Part shown: one piece after another, positions 45,064 through 58,212 of the stretch
How the letters are laid out: every line of letters starts with the position of its first letter
How positions within the stretch are numbered: position 1 is the first letter of the stretch
Notes under the pieces: model-generated
The model's database searches: none
The model's input: the letters and a program-made list of their open reading frames with translations, nothing else
What the model was told of the DNA's origin: nothing
Position numbers and translations under genes: made by a program
NCBI GenBank assembly: GCA_963740755.1
Contig: CAVUFJ010000011.1
Span: 80,822-144,821 of the forward strand
Direction: 5' to 3'
DNA: 64,000 nt
Source: Rhodothermales bacterium
Lineage (GTDB): Bacteria > Bacteroidota > Rhodothermia > Rhodothermales > BA12

Positions 45064-46052
45064 GCCTGCGCCGCGTCCAGATCGCCGGGGTGGGCGGGTT
45101 CTTGCCGCCGCACGTGGTGCCGAGCGCCGAGGTGGAGGCGCGCTGCGGCGTGCCGGAGGGCTGGGCGGAGGCCCGCGCGGGCGTGCGGGAGCGCCGCGAC
45201 GCGTGCGGGATGCCCGCCTCCGCGATGGGCGCGGAGGCCGCGCAGCAGGCGCTCGCCATGGCCGGCCTCGCCGCCGCCGACCTCGACCTCGTGCTCGGCG
45301 CCTGCGGCACGCAGGAGCAGGCCATCCCCGACACCGCCGCGCTGATCCACCGCGCGCTCGGTCTGGCCGGCACGGGCATCCCCGCCTTCTCGGTCCACGC
45401 CACCTGCCTGAGCTTTGTCGTCGCCCTCGACCTCGCGGCCACGCTCATCGACGCCGGGCGCTACCGCCGCATCCTGATCGTGAGCGCCGACATCGGCACG
45501 GTGGGGGCGAATCCGGCGCAGCCCGAGAGCGCCGTGCTGCTGGGCGATGCGGCGGCGGCGGTCGTGCTCGTGCGGGCGCCGGAGGGCAGCGCCTCGGCGG
45601 TCGAGGCGGCGCGCTTCGAGACGTACTCGGAAGGCGCTGCGGCCACCGAGATTCGGGGCGGCGGCTCACGGCGGCCCCCCAACGCCGCGCACACTCTTCC
45701 GGACGACAACCTCTTCAGCATGGACGGGCGCGCGGTGCTGCGGCTCGCGCGCACCCACACGCCGGGCTTTCTGGAGGCGCTGCGGCCTGGCCTCTCCACC
45801 GGCCTTGCGGGCGTGGACCTCGTGGTGCCGCATCAGTCGAGCGCGATGGGGCTGCGCCTCATGGAAGGCCTTGGCTGGCCGGCCGCGCGCATCGTGTGGA
45901 CGCTCCCGTGGACGGGCAACGTGATCGCGGCGGGCATCCCGTTCGCCCTCGCCCACGCCGTCGAAACCGGACGCCTGCAGCGGGGCGACCGGGTGCTGCT
46001 CGTGGGCACCGGCGCCGGCCTTTCGCTCGGCGGCGTCGTGCTCACGTACTGA
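45060..46052 (+). CDS. 3-oxoacyl-ACP synthase III-like (KAS III / FabH family) condensing enzyme
   Basis: Active-site Cys in SVHATCLSFVVAL. His/Asn region ...VPHQSSAMG...WTGNVIAAGIPFAL. ATGA overlap with the upstream gene. Confidence 0.75.
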   Translation: MSLRRVQIAGVGGFLPPHVVPSAEVEARCGVPEGWAEARAGVRERRDACGMPASAMGAEAAQQALAMAGLAAADLDLVLGACGTQEQAIPDTAALIHRALGLAGTGIPAFSVHATCLSFVVALDLAATLIDAGRYRRILIVSADIGTVGANPAQPESAVLLGDAAAAVVLVRAPEGSASAVEAARFETYSEGAAATEIRGGGSRRPPNAAHTLPDDNLFSMDGRAVLRLARTHTPGFLEALRPGLSTGLAGVDLVVPHQSSAMGLRLMEGLGWPAARIVWTLPWTGNVIAAGIPFALAHAVETGRLQRGDRVLLVGTGAGLSLGGVVLTY

Positions 46053-46293
46053 GCGGGCACCGCTCGCTGAGGGGCGTAACCGGTTCGTTGCGGGGGCCGC
46101 AAGCCAGGGCTATGCTCAATGTTTAGAGCAGGATGGGAATGGCGCGGATGAAGGCTCCGTCTGGAAGCGCTTTCAGGACCGGCAAACTTGGAGGCCGTGC
46201 CCGTACCTCCGAGCACGCGAGGCCCCGCGTTCCACCTGCCCCGGGCGCGCCTCCGAGCGCCCGGGACGCCTTCTTCTTTACCAGAGGTCTTCA

Positions 46294-47877
46294 ATGAAGC
46301 ATCTGTACCGGATTCCTGCGCTCCTGCTCGTCACGCTGGCCCTGCTGCCGGGCTGCTCCGACGCGCTCCGCGATGACGACGCCCCGTCTCCAGCGAACGC
46401 CACGCTGACCCCGCAGCACCACCTCGACGCGCAGTTTGCCAGCGCCGCCTCCGCTTTCGGGGTGCCGGTGGATCTGCTCAAGGCCATCGGGTACGCCGAG
46501 ACGCACTGGCAGATGGTGCAGGGACAGGAGGAGTTTGCGGGCATGGACGCCGCCTATGGCATCATGGCCCTGCGCGGCGCCCAGCTGACCCGTGGCGCGC
46601 AACTCGCGGGCGTTACCGAGGCCGCCGCCCGCACTGAGGTGCCGGCCAACCTCCGGGCTGCGGCGGCACTCCTGCGCGCCTATGCCGATGAGGCGGGCAT
46701 CGACCGCGACGACCTCGGCGCGTGGGCGCCCGTCGCCGCGCGCTACAGCGGTATCGTTCAGCGCGAAGGCCAGGCGGCCTACGTGCATGAGGCGGTCTAC
46801 GCCGCGCTCCACGACGGAGCCACGGTGCGCACCGAATCCGGCGAGACGGTGGCGACACTCGCGCCGCAGGCGGTGACGCCCGCGTTCCCGGCGCCCACGG
46901 CAGGCCTCGGCAAAACCGCCGCCGTCGACTTCCCCGGCGCCGTCTGGCGTCCGTCGCCCAACTACAACAGCCGTCCGGCGGGCAGCATCGGGCAGGTCGG
47001 CATGGTCATCATCCACACGTGCGAAAGCTCCTACAGCGGCTGCTGGAGCTGGCTCACCAACACGCAGTCGGGCGTGAGCGCGCACTATGTGGTCAACGAG
47101 GCGGGCTCAGAAGTGTCGCAGCTCGTGCTGCGAGGCCAACCGCGCCTGGCACATCGGCGCCACCTACGACTGCGTCAACAACAGCAACGTCGAGTGCTGG
47201 CGCAACGGCAATTCGAGCAACCACTTCACCGTGGGCATCGAGCACGGGGGCTACGCCTCGCAGACCTCCTGGCCGACCGCGCAGATCGACCTGTCGGCCA
47301 AGCTCAGCTGCGACATCTCGAAGGCCTACAACATCCCGCGCGACGTGTACCACTTTGTGGGCCACGGCCAGCTCCAGCCCGCCAGCCGCACCGATCCGGG
47401 CGCCAACTGGCCCTGGACAACCTACCTGAGCAAGATCAACGCCGAGTGCGGCAGCGGCCAGATCATCATCGACTCGAACAACAGCAACAACGACCAGAAC
47501 GTCGGCTACATCCAGGTGTCGAGCAACTGGACGTCGGCCTCCTCGACGGCGGGCTACTATGGCAGCGGCTACTACTTTGCCAACACCGCCGCCGTGAGCG
47601 ATCCAGCTGCCTTCTACTTCTACCTGCCCACCGCGCAGACGCGCACCGTGGACGCGTGGTGGACGACAGGCGCCAACCGCTCGACGACGGCGCCTTTCCA
47701 GGCCTACAACGCCGCGTGGCACGCTCCTCAGCACGGTCAACGTGAACCAGCAGGCGAATGGTGGCCAGTGGAATCAGCTCGGCACGTTCAACTTCACGGC
47801 CGGCTGGAACCGCGTGCAGCTCTCGCGCTGGACGACGACCGGTTACGTCGTGATCGCCGACGCCGTGCGCATCCGGT
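46294..47877 (+). CDS. Secreted peptidoglycan hydrolase: lysozyme/SLT-like N-domain, N-acetylmuramoyl-L-alanine amidase (Ami_2/PGRP) domain and golvesin/Xly-like C-domain; two frameshifts
   Basis: Lipobox [24 protein letters not shown]. ...[18 protein letters not shown]...HYVV...[11 protein letters not shown]...[11 protein letters not shown].... C-terminal ...[24 protein letters not shown]. Confidence 0.65.
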
Positions 47878-47928
47878 GAGCCGAGCCGCCGCGTGCCGGT
47901 ACGGGACGATTCGGGCAGGGCGCTTGCT

Positions 47929-48955
47929 GATGGCAGGCGCCCTGCTCGGGCTGGCTGCGTGCCGCCCGGCAGAGCCGCCGCTCGCACTCGCGGGGCAGGT
48001 GGCCTTCGTGTCCGAGCGCGACGGCAACCCGGAGGTGTACCGCCTCGATCTGGCCTCGGGCACCACCACGCGCCTTACGCACCGGCCTGCCTCAGACTAT
48101 CCGGCGGCGGCGCTTTCCGGCGGCGACGTGCTCGTGGTTGCAGCGGAGGGTGACGGCGCCGGAACGCGCGAATCGCTCTGGCGCGCCACGGCAGCAGGCG
48201 TGCTCCAGCCGCTCCGGCTCACCGCCCGCACGCTCCGCCATCCGGTGGTCGTGCCGGACGGGCGCACGCTCCTCTTCGAGGCCGACTTTGCGAGCGTGCG
48301 CGACCTCTACCGCTACACCTTCGCCACCGACTCGGTCGCGCGCCTCACCGACCAGCCAAGTGGCAACTACGACCCCTCGCCCGGACCAGGCGGGCGGATC
48401 GCACTTGCGTCGAGCCGGGAAGGGCAGGCCGAGGTCTACACGATGCCGGCCACCGGCGAGGGTCCCGGCGGCGATTCCCTCCGGCGCCTGACGGCCTTCC
48501 ACCGCGACGACTGGGCGCCCCGCTGGAGCCCGGATGGGCGCTGGATCGCGTTCCTGAGCCTCCGCGAGGGACCCCCGCGCCTCTTCCTCGTCTCCCCCGA
48601 CGGCACCAACCTGCGCCGCCTGCTCGCCCCATCCGACACGCTCGGGGCCGATATGCAGGAGGGCGAGGCCGTGTGGAGCCCGGACGGGCGCTTTATCGCC
48701 GTCCCGGTGCTGCCCCGTACGGGCGGCGCGCAGCTCTGGGTGGCCGACGTCGCCACGGGCCGCCGGTGGCGGGTGGGCGCCACGCTGCCCTCGGCGAGCG
48801 ACCCCGCCTGGCGCCCCGACGCCAGCGCACTCGTGTTCTCGGGCCACGCCCCCGGTGGCGACGCCGAACTCTACGCCGCCCGCCGCGACGGCACGGGCCT
48901 GACGCGCCTCACCACGAGCCCTGGCCCCGACTGGCTGCCCGTCTGGCTACGCTGA
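47929..48955 (+). CDS. TolB-like periplasmic beta-propeller protein (WD40-like repeats)
   Basis: Repeated units ...[20 protein letters not shown]..., ...[10 protein letters not shown]..., ...GQAEVYTM..., ...[11 protein letters not shown]..., ...SPDGRFIAV.... Confidence 0.6.
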
Positions 48956-48961
48956 GGCGTG

Positions 48962-50314
48962 TCAGCGTGCCGCGTCGGACCAGCCGGTGCCGTCGTAGCG
49001 GGCGATAACGAGCGGGCCCGGTGCGGGCGGTGCGTCGCCAAACGTGGCGGCGGCGAGGAAGGCCTCCTGAAACGCGGCGAGGCGTTCGGTGTGCTTCGTG
49101 TAGAGCGTGGCGAGGAGGTCGCCGGCGGCCACGGCGTCGCCGGGGCGTTTGTGGAGCCAGAAGCCCGCCACCGGGTCCACGGCGTCTTCCTTGACCCGGC
49201 GCCCGGCGCCCATGTCCACGGCGAGCAGGCCGAGGGCGCGGGAGTCGTAGTCGGCCACGAACGGGCCGGCGCCCGCAGGCGCGCGCACTTCCCCGGCGGG
49301 CGTATAGCCGTCGCGCGTCTCCGGGGCGTCCAGTTCGCGCGTGCTGCCGCCCTGCGCGGCGCTCACCGTTTTGAACGTTTCGAAGGCCGAGCCGTCGTGG
49401 AGCGAGCGGTCGAACAACTCCGCGCCTTCCGCCGCCGTGGCGGCCTTGCCGCCGAGCACGAGCATCTCGGCGCCGAGCGCGCGCGTGACCTCCATGAGGT
49501 CTTCGGCGCCCGTGAAATCGCCCTGGAGGCAGCGCACGCTCTCGTGGACCTCGGGCCAGTTGCCCACCGCGCTCCCGAGCGTCGCGTCCATGCGGGTGAG
49601 CAGCGCCACCGTGGGCACGCCCGCGCCGAGGCCGATGCCGACGAGCGCCTCGGCGAGCTGCCGGGCGTCCTCCTCGCGCTGCATGAACGCGCCGCGCCCG
49701 GTCTTGACGTCGAGCACGAGGGCCGTGCAGCCCTCGGCGAGCTTTTTCGACATGATGCTCGCGGCGATGAACGGGATGAACTCCACCGTCGCCGTCACGT
49801 CGCGGAGGGCGTAGAGCTTGCGGTCGGCGGGCGCGATCTCGTCGGTCTGCCCGATGAGCGCCAGCCCGAGCGCCTTGACCTGCGCGCGGTACTGCTCCAC
49901 CGTGAGGTCGGTGCGGAAGCCGGGGATGGACTCCAGCTTGTCGAGCGTGCCGCCCGTGTGGCCGAGGCCGCGCCCGGAGATCATGGGCACCGGGATGCCG
50001 AGCGCCGCCACGGCGGGCGCGAGGATGAGCGACGTTTTGTCGCCCACGCCGCCCGTGGAGTGCTTGTCGACGAGCGGGCCGGGCACCTCGTCGAGCGTCA
50101 GCACGTCGCCCGAGTGGAGCATCGCCTGCGTGAGGGCCGTCATCTCCTCGCCCGAGAGCCCGCGCAGAAAGGCGGCCATCAGGAAGGCGGCCATCTGGTA
50201 GTCGGGCACCTCGCCGGCCGTGTAGGCGGTGATGAGGGCCGTGATCTCGCCCGGCGTGAGCGCGCCACCGTCGCGCTTTTTGTGGAGCAGGGCAACGACG
50301 TTGAGGGCAGCCAT
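48962..50314 (-). CDS. deoA: Thymidine/pyrimidine-nucleoside phosphorylase
   Basis: DKHSTGGVGDKTSLILAPAVAALGIPVPMISGRGLGHTGGTLDKLESIPGF. Intact. Confidence 0.85.
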   Translation of the reverse strand: MAALNVVALLHKKRDGGALTPGEITALITAYTAGEVPDYQMAAFLMAAFLRGLSGEEMTALTQAMLHSGDVLTLDEVPGPLVDKHSTGGVGDKTSLILAPAVAALGIPVPMISGRGLGHTGGTLDKLESIPGFRTDLTVEQYRAQVKALGLALIGQTDEIAPADRKLYALRDVTATVEFIPFIAASIMSKKLAEGCTALVLDVKTGRGAFMQREEDARQLAEALVGIGLGAGVPTVALLTRMDATLGSAVGNWPEVHESVRCLQGDFTGAEDLMEVTRALGAEMLVLGGKAATAAEGAELFDRSLHDGSAFETFKTVSAAQGGSTRELDAPETRDGYTPAGEVRAPAGAGPFVADYDSRALGLLAVDMGAGRRVKEDAVDPVAGFWLHKRPGDAVAAGDLLATLYTKHTERLAAFQEAFLAAATFGDAPPAPGPLVIARYDGTGWSDAAR

Positions 50315-50440
50315 GAGCAGATTCGGGAAAGGCGCCTGCAACGACGCCTACCCGATCTCGTGCCCTGGCGGGGAAAATGGAGGCCCGTGCCCCGGGCATC
50401 GGCCCACTCCTCTGCGCACGTGCCGGCTGTCCTCCTGCGC

Positions 50441-51996
50441 TCACAGCCCCGCCGTTTCGCCGAAGTCGACTTCCTGCGGGATTTCGGTGCGGTCGAGATT
50501 GGGCAGGTACCAGGCGATGAGCGTGAGCAGCGCCGCGAAGCCCACGAGGCCCCAGAACACCGTCTGCAGGCTCACCGCGAGGCCGTCGTGCAGGGCGGCG
50601 AGGGCCGCCGGGGGCAGCGCCGGACCACTCGTGTGGGCGCCTTCGCCGATGAGGTCGCGCAGGCGGTCGATGGGCACCGTCTCTCCGAGGCCGCGCGCGG
50701 CGAGGTAGGCGTGCAGGCGCACGTTGAGGAGCCCGCCGAAGAGGGCGGCGCCGACCGTACTGCCCAGCAGGCGCATCAGGATGTTGGAGGCCGTCGCCGC
50801 GCCGCGCTGCCGCCAGCCCACGCTCGTCTGGATGGCGACCATGAACGTGGTGCTGCAGAAGCCGAGCCCGAAGCCCACGAGGAACGAGCCAGCCGCCGCG
50901 TAGAGCGCCCCGTGCGGCGCGCCGAGCGCCACCACGAGCGTGCCCGCCAGGAGCGAGAGCCCGCCCACGCGCGCCGTCAGGCGGGCGCCGAGCGTGAGCA
51001 GGAGTCGTCCGGCGATGAACGCCGAGATGGGCCAGCCGAGCGTCATGCCGGTGAGGCTGAAGCCCGCCGCGAGCGCCGAACTGCCCAGCACGCCCTGCAC
51101 GTAGGTGGGCAAGAACGAGATCAGCCCGATCATCACCCCGCCCGCGAGAAACGTGGCCGTGTTGCCGATGCGGATCAGGCGGGTTCTGCCACAGCTCCAG
51201 GTGCATGAGCGGGTCGTCCACGCGCCGCTCGTGGCGCAGAAACCAGACGAGCGCGACGACGAACACCGCCAGCAGCGCCGCCGCCGCCGTCCAGCCCCAG
51301 ACGGTGCTCTGCGTGAGCGCGAGCATGAAGGCCGACACGCCGACGAAGAGCAGCGTCGCCCCGCCGTAGTCGATCTGCCGGGCGTGCACCTCGACGCGCT
51401 CGTGGAGAAACCGCCACGCCAGAAAGCCCGCGATGAGGCCGAAGGGCACGTTGATCCAGAACACCCAGTGCCAGTCGGCGTGGGCCACGATGAGGCCGCC
51501 CGCGAGCGGCCCGAGGATGGACGAGAGGCCCCACACGCTGCCGAGCACGCCCTGCACGCGCGGGCGCTCCTCGAGCGTGTAGAGGTCGCCCACGAGGATC
51601 ATCGTGAGCGGCTGCACCGCCCCCGCACCGATGCCCTGCACGAGCCGGAAGAGCACGAGCAGGCCCATCGTCGGGCGCAAAGCCGCACAGCACGGAGCCG
51701 ACGAGGAAGATGCCGAGCCCGACGAGGAAGACGGGCTTGCGCCCGAACATGTCGGCGAGCTTGCCGAAGACGGGCGTCATCGTGCCCTGCATGAGCAGGT
51801 ACGACGAGAACACCCACGCGTAGAGCCCGAACCCGCCGATCTTCGCCGCGATGTTGGGCATGGCCGTGGCCACGATCGTCGCCTCGATGGACGACATGAA
51901 CGAGGCCATCACGAGCGCCGTGAGCACGAGCGTGCGGTGGGTCGTGGGCAGGCCGGCAGGCGTGGCCGTAGGGGCCGCCAGGGTAGCAGTAGACAT
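50441..51996 (-). CDS. MFS transporter, DHA2 (EmrB-like, 14-TM) family; two frameshifts
   Basis: ...MSSIEATIVATAMPNIAAKIGG...FGKLADMFGRKPVFL...LFRLVQGIGAGAVQP.... Frame breaks at about 51690 and 51190. Confidence 0.75.
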
Positions 51997-52139
51997 CAGG
52001 CGCAGGTAGAGGCCCCTCCCGAACCCGGTGGTAGCACACCGTTTCCGGGTGACAGGCCGGTATCCCTCGCGTCTACACACGCCGGTCACACGTCCGTTGC
52101 ACCCGCCCCCGTTATCGCCCGCCCCCATCGTCGCGCGTA

Positions 52140-52350
52140 GGGGCGAAGCCTCCGCTGTGCGGCGCCTGCCCGTCGTGCGGCTCCCTGCGCCGCAACGGCA
52201 CGCGCGTTGTCCCGGTGCGAGGCTTCGCCCAACTCCTGCCACCGGGGGCGATGCGGGCGAAGCCTCGCGCCAGGACCATGGGCAGGGCCGTTGCCGCGTC
52301 GGGCGGCGGGGCCGCGCGCGGAGGCGGCACAGCGGAGGCTTCGCCCCTAC
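52140..52350. repeat. GC-rich nested-palindrome element, copy 2. Outer inverted repeat GTAGGGGCGAAGCCTCCGCTGTG paired with CACAGCGGAGGCTTCGCCCCTAC. Inner pairs cgaggcttcgccc / gggcgaagcctcg and gcaacggc / gccgttgc.
   Basis: Direct reading. Same architecture as 31167-31373, with compensated base differences. Confidence 0.75.
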
Positions 52351-52400
52351 GCGGTCGGCGGTACGGCGGTGGTATGTTGGGGCGGATGCCATCCCTGCCC

Positions 52401-55444
<3,044 letters not shown>

Positions 55445-55673
55445 GGCCAGGCCCCTCCCCAGCTGTCCCCCTCAGTGCCGGGAAAACTGGCCCGCAAGGC
55501 TATCCCAGCTAAGCCGCGCCTCTCTCCCAACCGTCCCCCTCGGGGGACCGGCGCGCAGCGCCGAGGGGGGTAGCGCGCAGTTTGCCTGAAAGCCAGAACC
55601 CCCTCCGGCCCTGCGGGCCACCTCCCCGAGGGGAGGCGTTTGCTGCCCGTGCTTGCTCTGAATTCTACCTGCG

Positions 55674-56156
55674 ATGGCCCAGCCGATTGACTTTGTGCCG
55701 CCCGCCGCACCGGGGCAGGCTGCCTTCACCGCCGCCGACGATGTGGCGCGGCTCGTCGAAACCCTCCACGACAGCGGAACGCTCCGCGTGCTCAACGGGC
55801 TCTTCGCGCGCTTCGAGGCCGTCACCGCCGTCGCGCTCGGCGGGCTCGACACGCCCGAGGGGCGGCGGGGCCTCGCCAACCTGCTCGTGGTGGCCCGACT
55901 GCTCGGCCGCATCGACACCGACGCGCTCGACCGCTTTGTGGGCGCGCTCGACAAGGGCTTCGGGGCGGCCTCCGCACGCCTCGCCAAAGACGACCCGCCC
56001 GGCACCATCGCCGTGCTCGGCAAGCTGCGCGACCCCGCCGTGCGCCGCGGCCTCGACGCCGTGCTGACGCTCCTCGGCACGCTCGGCGCCGAGGTCCACG
56101 CGCCCACGCTGCTGCCGTACTCGAACACCGACGGCAAACCCGCCGCCACGCCGTGA
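55674..56156 (+). CDS. DUF1641-domain protein, a common formate dehydrogenase accessory neighbour (B. subtilis YrhD-like)
   Basis: Intact 160 aa. Position between fdhA and fdhD. Confidence 0.65.
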   Translation: MAQPIDFVPPAAPGQAAFTAADDVARLVETLHDSGTLRVLNGLFARFEAVTAVALGGLDTPEGRRGLANLLVVARLLGRIDTDALDRFVGALDKGFGAASARLAKDDPPGTIAVLGKLRDPAVRRGLDAVLTLLGTLGAEVHAPTLLPYSNTDGKPAATP

Positions 56157-57035
56157 CCGCCGACGCCCTCCGCGACCCTGCCACCGACGCCCGCGCCCGC
56201 ACGTTCGCCGTGCAGCGCGTGCGCGCGGGCGGTATGCGCGCGGACGACGACCGCCTCGCCGTCGAGGAGCCGCTCGAAATCCGCCTCCAGTTCTGGACGG
56301 ACGACGGCGAACGGCGGCGCCTCCAGCAGAAGGCGCTCGCGCTCACGATGCGCACGCCCGGCCACGACGACGACCTCGCGGTGGGCTTTCTCGTCTCCGA
56401 GGGCGTCATTCGCGCCCCGTCCGACGTCGTACAGGTGCAGCACTGCCCCGTGCCCGACGAACTCCCGAGCCACAACGTGCTCGTCGTGCGCCTCGCCGAG
56501 ACCGCCGCCTTCGACCCGAAGCGCCTGGAGCGGCACTTCTACACCACGTCGAGCTGCGGCGTGTGCGGCAAGACCTCCCTCGAAGCCCTGGAGGTGACGG
56601 GCTGCCCGGTGCTGGCGCCCGGACCGAGGCTCGCGCCCGAGACCATCCACGCGCTTCCTGCCACGCTCCGCGCGGCGCAGGCCGTGTTCGAGGAGACCGG
56701 CGGCCTCCACGCGGCGGCGCTGTTCGACGCCGCGGGCACCCTCCTGCGCGTGCGCGAGGACGTGGGCCGCCATAACGCGGTGGACAAGCTCGTGGGCAGC
56801 TACTGGCGCGAAGGGAGCGCCGTGCCGTCCGAGACGATGCTGCTCGTGAGCGGGCGCGCGAGCTTCGAGCTCGCCCAGAAGGCGCTCATGGCCGGGATCT
56901 CGGTCCTCGCCGCCGTGGGCGCGCCGAGCAGCCTCGCCGTGGAACTGGCGGCCCGTTTCGGCATGACCGCTGCTGGGCTTCGTCCGCGACGGGCGCTTTA
57001 ACGTCTACAGCGGCGCCCACCGCCTCACCGCCTGA
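56153..57035 (+). CDS. fdhD: Formate dehydrogenase accessory sulfurtransferase FdhD, with one frameshift near the 3' end
   Basis: ...TTSSCGVCGK (catalytic Cys loop)...GRHNAVDK.... Corrected C-terminus ...[25 protein letters not shown]. Confidence 0.8.
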
Positions 57036-57048
57036 TCCTCCTCCTGCC

Positions 57049-57441
57049 GTGAAACTCCGCATCAAAGGCGACACGCTCCGCCTCCGCCTCACCCAGCCCG
57101 AAGTGGCCCTGTTCGCCGCCGAAGGCTGCGTGGAAGACGCCCTGCACGTGGCCCCCGGCGCCGCGCTGCGCTACCGCCTCTACGCCGACCCGGAGGCGAC
57201 CGCGCTCGGGGCCGTCTGGAACGGCAGTCTGCTCACCGTCGTCGTGCCGGAAGGCTGGGCGCGGCCGTGGGCGGAGGGCAACGAGGTGGGCGTCGAGGGC
57301 GCGCAGGCCGCCGGCGAGGGGCACACGCTCACCCTGCTCGTCGAGAAAGACTTTGCCTGCCTCCACGAGGCGCGCGACGAGCCCGGCGCCTTCCCCAACC
57401 CCTTCTCCGACGTGCCGGGCTACGTGGATGCGGATGACTGA
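57049..57441 (+). CDS. Hypothetical protein; its last ~17 codons (AFPNPFSDVPGYVDADD) recur in the downstream duplicated fragment
   Basis: Intact 130-aa ORF in an operon position. No recognised domain. Confidence 0.4.
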   Translation: MKLRIKGDTLRLRLTQPEVALFAAEGCVEDALHVAPGAALRYRLYADPEATALGAVWNGSLLTVVVPEGWARPWAEGNEVGVEGAQAAGEGHTLTLLVEKDFACLHEARDEPGAFPNPFSDVPGYVDADD

Positions 57442-57487
57442 CGCGCAGCGCGGCGGTGGGGCGGGGAGGGCAGACGCGGCGGGGAGC

Positions 57488-58072
57488 ATGGTCACGGCGC
57501 GCCGTGCCCCGACCCACATCCCGCCGGGCGACGTCACCGGGCTGATCCTTGCGGGTGGGCACAGCCGCCGCTTCGGGCGCGACAAGGCCCTCGCGGAGGT
57601 GGACGGCGTGCCGCTCGTGGCGCGCGTGTACGACGCCCTGGCTCCCCACTGCGCGGAGGTACTGATCGCCACCGGGGCCACGCCGCGCGCCTACCCCGTG
57701 CCCGCACGCGTCGTGCTGGATGCGGTGCCGGAGGCGGGGCCGCTCGCCGGACTCCTCGCCGGGCTGGCGGCAGCGCGCACGCCGTGGCTGCTCGTGGCCG
57801 CCTGCGACCTCGCGGGCCTCACGCCGGCCGCGCTGGCCTCGCTGCTGCGCGGGGCTGCGCCGGACGTGGACGCGGTGGTGGCCGTGGATGCAGATGGGCG
57901 GCGCCAGCCCGTGTGCGCGCTGTACCGCGCCGAGGCCGTGGCGCCGGTGGCCGCGATGCACCTCGCCGCAGGCCGCCGGGCGCTCCACGCGCTGCTCGAT
58001 GCGCTCACGGTCTGCGAGGTCGCACTCGATCCTGTGGCCCTGCGCAACGCCAACACCTCCGAAGACCTTTGA
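57488..58072 (+). CDS. mobA: Molybdenum cofactor guanylyltransferase
   Basis: LILAGGHSRRFGRDKALAEVDGVPLV...ACDLAGLTPAAL.... Confidence 0.8.
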   Translation: MVTARRAPTHIPPGDVTGLILAGGHSRRFGRDKALAEVDGVPLVARVYDALAPHCAEVLIATGATPRAYPVPARVVLDAVPEAGPLAGLLAGLAAARTPWLLVAACDLAGLTPAALASLLRGAAPDVDAVVAVDADGRRQPVCALYRAEAVAPVAAMHLAAGRRALHALLDALTVCEVALDPVALRNANTSEDL

Positions 58073-58107
58073 CCCCAACGCCGGCCGCCTGGTGCGGGAA
58101 GGTCCAC

Positions 58108-58212
58108 TGGATCATGCATCATCGCCAGAAGACCGCTCCGGGCATCTCTGACCATGATCGGGGATCAACCCGATGATCTCCCATGATGCGACCGGAGTTG
58201 GGATGACCCCTA
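58108..58212. repeat. R4 copy of the GGTCAGAGA / GATC-rich repeat family, inverse orientation
   Basis: gatcatgcatcatcgccagaagaccgctccgggcatctctgaccatgatcggggatcaacccgatgatctcccatgatgcgaccggagttgggatga. Confidence 0.7.
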
